Shown here: piece after piece, positions 1 to 7,756 of the stretch
How the letters are laid out: each line of letters opens with the position of its first letter
Numbering within the stretch: the stretch's first letter is position 1
Program-made: the position numbers and the translations under genes
NCBI GenBank assembly: GCA_002269645.1
Contig: NIVC01000493.1
Coordinates: forward strand, 496,001 to 560,000
From: Macrostomum lignano
Lineage: Eukaryota
DNA length: 64,000 nucleotides
Direction of reading: 5' to 3'
Notes under the pieces: generated by a model
What the model was told of the DNA's origin: nothing
Database searches by the model: none
What the model saw: the letters and a program-made list of their open reading frames with translations, nothing else

Positions 1-3000
1 CCACGTACCGGTAGAGCTTGGGGCCTCCCGTGGTGAACTGTACCATGCGGCAGCCAGCAGGTACCTCGTCAGTCCACTGCCCCAAACTCGAACCGCCCGG
101 AGGCTCGTACTCGCCCGGAGAGCAGCGGTATACGACCCTGGGAGGAGGAGAAGGATAAAGTGTTAAGGGGAGAAAGAGAGACAGAGACAGTTGAAAAAAT
201 TACTCACGAATCAGTATCGGCGTAAATGACGCGGGTTCCTAGACCCTCCAGAGCCTCGTAGAGTCGCAGCCGGGCGTGGGAGGTGGTGAAAACGCCAATA
301 GGTACATTAGCGTACTTGAACGCCCGCTCGCCAGCACCGCCAAATCGGGGCTTGTACTCGAGCATCATGAAGCTCTCCCCAATTGGCTCGCACGACTTGA
401 CCTTGATCGAGGGGTCGGTCAGGCGCTGCAGCCACGCCTCGTAGCTGTCCACAATCTCTGTGGAGGTCAGGTCGTCGCGCTGGCAGAATTTGCCCCAGAG
501 CCTGCAGGGAAAAATAAATTTTTTTTTGTAAGTAGAAAAACACGGCCCCCACTGCAAGTAGAAAAACTTACGAGTTTAGAAAAATCTTGGCCACAAAGCG
601 CAAGCCAGGATTCTCCTCCACCTTTTCCAGCCGGACGCCTTCGCGCTCGAAAAAGCTGGCCATGTAGGCAGCCTTGGCGTCCTCAGCCATCCCCGGCGAA
701 CCGCTAGACTCGGCTTTGAGCTTTAAAAAAGTGTTTACGTAATCTGCAAACAGGCCCGTGCGAGTCTCGGTCCAATAGGCCAGGGCATGAACTGACTGCA
801 GCTTGTAACCCAACTGCAGGGCTTTGTGGAGCTCTGGGGTCGACCACGTGCCGCGGAGCATTCTCTCAGCGTCAGTGTGTGTACACTCGCTGCTGCACTG
901 GGTCTCCATGCAGACGCGGCAGAGGCCGAAAACCAGCTTCTTGTTAATCTTGGCGGGCAGTAGCGGGATGTGGAGATTGGTTGGCGGCAGAATCGACACC
1001 TCGGCGATGCCAAAATACCGGGCCAGCTGCAGCTCATCCAGTAGATGAGGCTCGGGGTGGTGAACCGGGTGCCCGACCGGGTACTTGTCAAACTTGTTGA
1101 CAGTCGGGTAGAGCGACACCTAGGGGATAAGGATAAGATAAACTCAAACGCATGTCAACTGTGTGTGTGTACAAGTGTACAAACTTACCACATCCCGATA
1201 GCGCAGCTCTACAGTCTCGGTGGCCTCGGCGTGCGGGACAAAAGCCTCGGTACGGCCGCCAAACAGGGCATCCTCCAGGCGAATAGGCTGCTGGACTGGC
1301 GCTCCCTCGTCCTGATAGTCGTGCTCCCACAGAACACGCACATTGTATGCAGTGGAGAGCAGCCGGGTGAAGCGCTCAGTCTCCTCATAAATTGCTCGCA
1401 TTGGCTGGTTCTTGAGCGGGTGCAGCACGTCGCCGTTGGGGAAGCACTTGGGACAGCCATGGAAGAAGCAGCCATGAAACTGCAGCACTGTCCTGGTCTC
1501 TGGGTCGAAGCCGTCGACCTTACGGCCCATGGCGAAAGCCTCGCCGCCCGAGTCCGCTGTCCGCAACCGGCCGCCAAACTCGGTTGCATTTAAATGTGCC
1601 AGCCAGCACCGCGCCTTGTGCGACTGTACATCGGACCGGCGGGAAATCACCCCAAGAGTGTTGGGCTCCATAAACTTGGTGGTGAATACCGACATGGCCA
1701 AGCCCGCAATGGTGTTGGATTGAACAAATGCGTCCAGTCCGCAAATGTCCTTAATCAGGCGGGTGTACTTTAGACAGCCTTCCCGCAAAATTAACGTGTC
1801 CTGCAGGCAGTAGTCCAGGTACTCCTTATTGAAATTAAACACCTGTCCCTCCTGCTTGGCCAGCCAGTCGGCGATGGAGTCATGCTGCTTATTCTTCTTC
1901 CCGCCGTACATATCAATTGAGCAGTAGGGACCGACGTACCCCCAATTTTGAGGCTGGTTAAACACGTGCGGGAAATCTCCTTTGGTCAGTTGGGTGCCCA
2001 AACCAAGCGCCTTTGGGAATTGCGCCAGACCAATAGGGATGAAATTGAGGCTGTCCTTGAAGGTGATCTTGTCGCACTTCATGTACATTAGGCGGCTGTT
2101 CTGGAAGATCACCTGCGGCTTCTTCTTGGCCAGTCCGTTGAGTAGGGCGCCGAGCAGGAGGAATGCGTCATACGCAGAGCCATTGTGCGCAATAGCAATT
2201 GCCCCCTGCTTGAACACACTAGTCAGCCAGCAGTAAAATGCATCGATAGAGTGCGGCCCGACAGATACAAACTCTCGCATCCCACAGGCACAGTCATTGT
2301 GCGAGACACAGCTCGTGAAATCCAGCGCCAGATTGCGTCCCGCAATGCAATTGGCTGAGCTGTGTAGTCCCCCGCACGCGCTGCAGCGGGGCCTGGGGAA
2401 GAGTTTGGGACACGCCTCGCAGGAGGTGGCAGCCGTAACCAAGTGTACCCGGTGCTGCTTGCCAGAGTCCACGTACGTCTCGAAATCATAGTAAACATAC
2501 GGGGCGCTAGACTCTTTGGCTTTGGGCGGGGTGACAAAGCACTCGTGGGTGGCAGTTTCGTCGTACTGCTTGCAGACTGGGCACTTGGCGTAACCACACT
2601 GATGCTCAGGGGGCTGGCCTACTTTTAGTTCTTCTAGATAGCCACACGTGCCGCAAACGTGGACCGAATCACAGCGCGATCTGCCGGCCTTATTCTTGCG
2701 CTTGTGATTTTCTAGGCACTGAGCATTATAGCAATTTAGCCCGCAATCATGGCATCTTACATATGCGCGGTTTGCCTTACAGTTGGAGCCCGGAGTCTTG
2801 CATGTACTGCAGGCATCAGCGCACTTGTGCTTGGCGGGTTCGCTATCATAGGCCATCTCGCACTTGGGGCAGTAGTGGTGGCTGCCGAAAAACGCAGGCA
2901 GCTTGGTGACCACATTAAAGTGCTGCTCGACCAGGTGTAGGTGCAGAATCTCGGTGCCCGGCAGGTTGAAGATGCACCTGTTGGCCTCCTCTGCGCGGTA

Positions 3001-3908
3001 CACGCGTACACCAAAATCGTGCCCTGGATGCAGCCGGTTCAGGGCACGGATCGCTTCGGGCAGTGCATCCACCCCGAAAGGACCGGCCTGCGAGACGGTT
3101 TGAAGAGTCTGTGTGGGGGGTAAAATATTTCTTTTAGTATTCCCTGATACTGTGTAAAAAATCTTTTAGTATTCCATGATACTGTGTAAAAATCTTATCA
3201 GAAAATATATCTTTTAGTACTCCATGATACTGTGTAAAAATTCTTTTAGTATTCCTTATCGTAAAAATTCTTATCAGAAAATTTTAGTATTCCATGATAC
3301 TGTGTAAAAAATTCTTATCGGAAAAATACTAGAAACTTACCGTGTAGAGGCCAGCTTCGATTTGTAGCTCAGCCACCAGCTTAGTCTGCGTGGGCGAATT
3401 GGCCTTGATTGTGTGCCACACCCGCTTGGTGATGGACTTGGCCACGAATTGCAGGTAGGCGCAGGCCACGACCAGAGCGCGCAGCAGGCATCTCTTGTCC
3501 GAGTTGGTGATGCGGACATAGTGCTTGGAGAAGGCGTGCCGCTCTTCTAGATGCTTGTTCTCGAGAGCACATCCACCTCGAGGCACCCAGGCCTTTAGCA
3601 ACCGGATAGAAAAGTTGCCTGACAATACAGTGGCATCCGACTGCACAATCTTGTCAATGTGCTTAAACAACAATTCAGCCGTCATGCGGGATGCACGCAC
3701 CGGGGGAGTGTGGGCCGCTTTGAGCATATTGTCGCTCTCGAATTTCGCGGCCATAAAGTCATCACCAGCCAAATCTTGCTTGAAAACTTCGAGCATGTCA
3801 GCAAACACCTCCCGCAAATCTTCGGTGTTGGTAATATGCACCACATACTCGACACCCTTTGCCCTAAACTTGGGCAGGTCACGCTGATTATCCAGCCGGC
3901 CGTAAAAC
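1..3908 (-). CDS. polB: Protein-primed family B DNA polymerase (pPolB, Polinton/adintovirus type), multi-exon, 3' end beyond left edge
   Basis: Exons (minus) 3908-3341, 3108-1189, 1119-572, 501-208, 137-<1 join in frame through GT-AG introns 3340-3109, 1188-1120, 571-502, 207-138 (phases 0,0,2,2), giving about 1155 visible codons. The spliced protein has ExoI YYDFET, ExoII AHNGSAYD, ExoIII YCLQD, motif A YRDV|VSLYP, motif B KIFLNS|LWGKF, FTTSHARLRLY, motif C YADTDS|VVY, then LGQWTDE...FTTGGPKLY. Confidence 0.95.
3125..3330. repeat. About 33-nt degenerate tandem repeat inside pPolB intron
   Basis: Repeated TTCTTTTAGTATTCCATGATACTGTGTAAAAA / TTCTTATCAGAAAA blocks. Confidence 0.85.
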
Positions 3909-3978
3909 CTGCATGGGGGGAATGGGGGAGTGTGAGTCAGCTAGGGTCTGTGTGGGAAATGGGGGCTGGATAACTCAC

Positions 3979-4845
3979 CCGGTCCGGTAACAGATTCCGG
4001 CTGTGTTGGCGGGACAAACGCGTCTGAAAAAACACAAGGAGATAAAAAACCAGAAGAATCTGTCATTTTCCTGGCCCCAGCGTGTTTCCCCGCCCTAGCC
4101 CCAGCAATTTCTTAACAGAGTTTACTCTGCTGTCCCCGCAGCAACTCTCTGCAATTTCTTATCTGCACCCCCGCTGCAGCCTGTCGCAGCAGTCTTTGTT
4201 TACTCACCCCTGCAACTCTCTGTCGCAGCAATTTGCACCTAGCTGCAGCCTGTCTGGGTAGCGCCCCTGCCAATTTCTTATCAGTCTGTCCCCGCGCTAC
4301 ACAGTCCCAGCAACTCTCTGCCCCCACCTGGCTGTAACTTGTCTAGCCTGCCCCAACGATTCTGCAGCAATTTCTTATCTGCCGCAGCACCCTAGCAACT
4401 GTCTGTTTTTGCAGCAATTTCTTATCAGCACACCCCTCCCTGTCTAGACAACACCCCACCCCAGTCTTTGTTTACTCACCCCTGCAACTCTCTGTCGCAG
4501 CAATTTGCACCCCAGCTGCAGCCTGTCTGGACAACACCCCCCTAGCAGCAATTTCTTATCAGCACACACCCGGCTGAAACTTGTCTAGCCCTCCCCTGCA
4601 ACTCTCTGTTACAGACCCTGCCGCAGCACCCCACCCTAGCAACTCCAGTCTAGACCCCTGCAGCTGTCGCAGCAGTCTTTGTTGTTTACTCTGCGGTCCC
4701 ACAGACCCTGCAGCTGCTGCTGCTGCTCAGCCCCTACCCCCACCCTAGCAACTACAGTCTAGACAGAAATTAATTAAAACTTACCATAAAGACGTTGCCT
4801 CTTGTCAGCCAGGAAAGCAGTTGCTGCGGCGCTGCGTTTAGCCAT
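3979..4845 (-). CDS. Candidate 5' exons of pPolB (4845-4785 and 4023-3979)
   Basis: AAAATGG start at 4845, donor G|GTAAGT at 4784, acceptor TTTTCAG at 4024, donor G|GTGAGT at 3978, 70-nt intron to acceptor at 3909. Encodes MAKRSAAATAFLADKRQRLYDAFVPPTQPESVTGP but is 1 nt out of phase with the pPolB frame (see findings). Confidence 0.55.
4100..4770. repeat. Mosaic of short direct repeats in the putative first pPolB intron
   Basis: About 65-nt duplication (GTCTTTGTTTACTCACCCCTGCAACTCTCTGTCGCAGCAATTTGCACC..., near 4193 and 4463) plus recurring GCAATTTCTTATC and CTAGCAACT motifs. Confidence 0.8.
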
Positions 4846-4915
4846 TTTGCAAACAGAGAGCGTGAGAGAGCGGAGAGAGAAGGATTTATCTCTCTACCCT
4901 GGCTCTGGGGGTCTG

Positions 4916-5037
4916 TATATATACTAAAAAATCTGCTCAGCTCGCCTGTTATTGGATAAATCGCCAAAAACCAACCAAAATCATCAAAAATCACCCCAAA
5001 ATCATCACCCACCCCACCCTCCACCGGGGGTATATAA
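4916..5037. promoter_or_regulatory. Divergent promoter: TATATATA (4916-4923) for polB and TATATAA (5031-5037) for the PC4-like gene
   Basis: TATA motifs lie about 70 nt upstream of ATG 4845 (-) and about 50 nt upstream of ATG 5084 (+). Confidence 0.55.
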
Positions 5038-5083
5038 GGCGCTGCACGGCTGTCAGAGAGCTCTCTGCTGCTGCTGCTAAATC

Positions 5084-5617
5084 ATGTCTTCTATCTCTCT
5101 ATACGAAAACTTTGTGGCGCGGAAGCCCACATTTGAAACTGAACACAACTTGATTGAAATTCGGCGTCTCTACACCAACGAGGCCGGAGTGTGGAAGGAC
5201 GGCTTCCCTGCAATCTACTTGGCCGAGCCAGAGTGGAAGAAGCTCGAAGCTGCGCGCCCTGACCTGGAGGCTGCTGCCCGCCTTCACGTGAACAAGCGGG
5301 TCCTGTTGGGCAATTTCAAGGCAGTTGAAGCTTCGCGAGGGAGGATCCGTTTGCTGCGCAATTGGCTCAATCAGGACCCAAAGTTTAATTGGCGCTACAC
5401 GATCGAATTCACGCCTGAACTGTGGCGCCGGATGTTTGCCGCCCGTTTGGACAAGCTCTTCAAGCCGGCACCTGAGGCACCCCCTCCAGCCAAGCGAGTC
5501 AAGACAGACACGCCTCCGGTAGCCGGGACTGAGGTGGATGTTCTTCAGCTCATGGGTCTCAAACCCTACCAATCTCCACCCTGGGAAAATCTGTTTAACG
5601 AGGGTTGGGACTGCTAG
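5084..5617 (+). CDS. PC4/Sub1-like putative ssDNA-binding protein with a probable second degenerate PC4 repeat (177 aa)
   Basis: LIEIRRLYTNEAGVWKDGFPAIYLAEPEWKKLEAARPDLEAAAR aligns by eye, without gaps, to human PC4 [44 protein letters not shown]. A second segment, IRLLRNWLNQD...YTIEFTPELWRRM, repeats the pattern. Intronless, with upstream TATA. Confidence 0.7.
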   Translation: MSSISLYENFVARKPTFETEHNLIEIRRLYTNEAGVWKDGFPAIYLAEPEWKKLEAARPDLEAAARLHVNKRVLLGNFKAVEASRGRIRLLRNWLNQDPKFNWRYTIEFTPELWRRMFAARLDKLFKPAPEAPPPAKRVKTDTPPVAGTEVDVLQLMGLKPYQSPPWENLFNEGWDC

Positions 5618-5653
5618 TTTCCTATTGGTTCGCACCGCCTCACTCGATCCGTC

Positions 5654-5660
5654 TATATAA
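5654..5660 (+). promoter_or_regulatory. TATA box of the orphan gene
   Basis: TATATAA about 75 nt upstream of ATG 5733; ATTGG (inverted CCAAT) at about 5624. Confidence 0.45.
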
Positions 5661-5732
5661 TTAGTGTTTCCCCCTCTCCAGAGAGTCAAACCCTATCTCA
5701 GCTCTAATACTTTACTCTCTGTTGATTCTAGC

Positions 5733-6747
5733 ATGTCCCGCCGAGCTCTATCCAACCTCTGGGATAATAATCGCCCGACTGAAGAGTTAACCAGCCTCGA
5801 CGGGGATATCCCTGAACACATAGTTCCCCTAGGCACTGAAAACAACGGAAGTGATAATTGGGAGGCTGATCAATATCTAGCTTGGGCTATGTCCTATGAT
5901 AGCGACACCGAGTCTGAAGTTTTTGACCTCCCGCTGCTGGCTATCGGCGGGGTTGTGAACGGTGCCCCTGCTGCTACTGCCTCCGATTTGACTACCGCCT
6001 CAGCCGCCCTCTTTGACGTCTCTGTTGAGGAGCTGACCACAACCGGCCCTGCCTCTGCTGCGCCCGTCTCTGCTGCTGCCGCCTCTACTACGCCCGTCTC
6101 TGCTGCTGCTTCAACTACCTCCCACCGGGCCTCAATATCATCAGCCGCTACGCTCCTTCTCTTCGACGACGAGGACGAGGATATGTCTGAGGAGATCGCC
6201 GTGGTTCGTGAGCGCTTTCCTCGCATTGTGGCCTCATTTTTCCGCGGGGACATTGACTGGCTGAGGTCTCGGCATCCTGGCGGGCTGCCCTCCCAAGCTA
6301 CCTTTGTCAGAGCCTTTAATCGGGTTCTTGATACTTTGGTTGCGAGGGGTGCCGGCCTACGGGAGGTGTTGGAGGCTGAGACTCTGCACCAGGACTGGTT
6401 GATGGGGCGCAATTCGTATGCCCCCGACTCTGAGGCGTACCTGGCCGGTCCGGGAGCGCGGCCAACTGCGTGGGATGAGCCCGTCGCATGGCCCTCCAAC
6501 TGGGAGGAGCACCTTTCGTTGGTGCGCTATACAGCGTCTCTACGTCTGTGGCGGCTGGAGGACGATTTAGATTTGGTAAGATATTACATTATATACACAA
6601 CTCATCTAATCATATACCTTGCATATATTCTATCTACATTGACTGTTATAATTTCCACATTGCCAGTCATCCGACTACTGCTTCGAGAGCGTGGAGGAAG
6701 AGGCCGCGTACGAGACAGCCCTGAGGGAGCGTATGGAGATTGACTGA
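5733..6747 (+). CDS. Orphan protein of the pPolB element, 2 exons (5733-6575, 6667-6747), about 307 aa
   Basis: GC-rich coding sequence is interrupted by an AT-rich 91-nt phase-0 intron (TTG|GTAAGA...TTGCCAG|TCA). Spliced C-terminus reads LEDDLDL-SSDYCFESVEEEAAYETALRERMEID*. Acidic N-terminus, Ala/Ser/Thr linker, no recognised family. Confidence 0.65.
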
Positions 6748-7580
6748 TAAGGGTATTTCTCTTTGTACGCGGTTTGGGGAACCCAACACTGTACACTGGG
6801 TAGGTTAGAATGTGCGCTAGCTGGGGGCCTCTATGTGTGTATACACGGGGGTTAAAAGACCAATTCTGATAGCTCGCTCCTAGGGAGGAAATTGGCAGAG
6901 GGGCCGGCCCAAAAAACTGAAATGGGCTGGCCCCGGGCTCGAGTCCACCCACCTAAAATATGGAGGTCATTACAACCTAATGACCCGAAATACTTTCAAC
7001 GCAATTGTACCTATAAGAGGGTTAGGGCGGCGGCGGCGGTGGCGAAAACGGGCGGCTAAAACCTCCCTTTTGGGATTTCCCCGAACCGCTTTTGTTTAAA
7101 ATTTTTATGCACCTGCGGGTTAGACAATATTTACTCTTTAGTCGGTGTGACATTATTTACGCGTCTGTTGCACCTGGGCGTTTGCCTATAATCTGATTAT
7201 ACATGCGTGCCTGTATTATACAACTACACCTTATGCATGCCTTGTAAACCTGCTTTATACATTAACCCGATATGTATCGAAAGTACACTTTGTAAACCTG
7301 CTGTGTGTATTTCCACCTATGTAGCGCCTACAGTACCTGCTTTGTCTATTTCTGCCCATACACCTACATTGTGTGTTTTTGCTGCTCATATGCTCCAATA
7401 TGTACATTTTAATATGCAATATGCGTCATTATTCACCTACCAATATGTTTTATCTACATTTTTATGTAAATATACGCAATTTCATCTACTATAAGTAGTT
7501 TTCACTAGCCTAATATCGTTGACTACATATCGGAAGAGTGGTAGAGTGTACATATCGGGAGAGTGGTAGAGTGTACCTTT

Positions 7581-7756
7581 GGCTCGGTAGAGTGTACACT
7601 CGGGGTGCCTGCGGCTCGGTAGAGTGTACACTCGGGGTGCCTGCGGCTCGGTAGAGTGTACACTCGGGGTGCCTGCGGCATGGGCGCCTGCGGCTCGGGA
7701 GGGTGCGCTTGGGATCTGATTGATTTGGGATCTGATTGATTTGGGATCTGATTGAT
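7581..7756. repeat. Iteron-like repeats: 3 x 32 nt (7581-7676) and 3 x 16 nt (7709-7756)
   Basis: GGCTCGGTAGAGTGTACACTCGGGGTGCCTGC x3, each containing the palindrome GAGTGTACACTC; TTGGGATCTGATTGAT x3. Confidence 0.9.

Noticed and set aside
276-2628. Plus-strand ORFs overlapping pPolB; also antisense ORFs 5099-5689 and 5894-6499
   Set aside because: Shadow ORFs of GC-rich coding sequence with no recognisable motifs.
6576-6743. Transmembrane tail on the 359-aa ORF
   Set aside because: It derives from reading through an AT-rich GT-AG intron; the spliced frame gives a more plausible C-terminus.
7494-7499. AGTAGT (also 7957-7962) as a Polinton terminus
   Set aside because: Wrong orientation for a right end (ACTACT would be expected on this strand), and no partner TIR or TSD can be shown.
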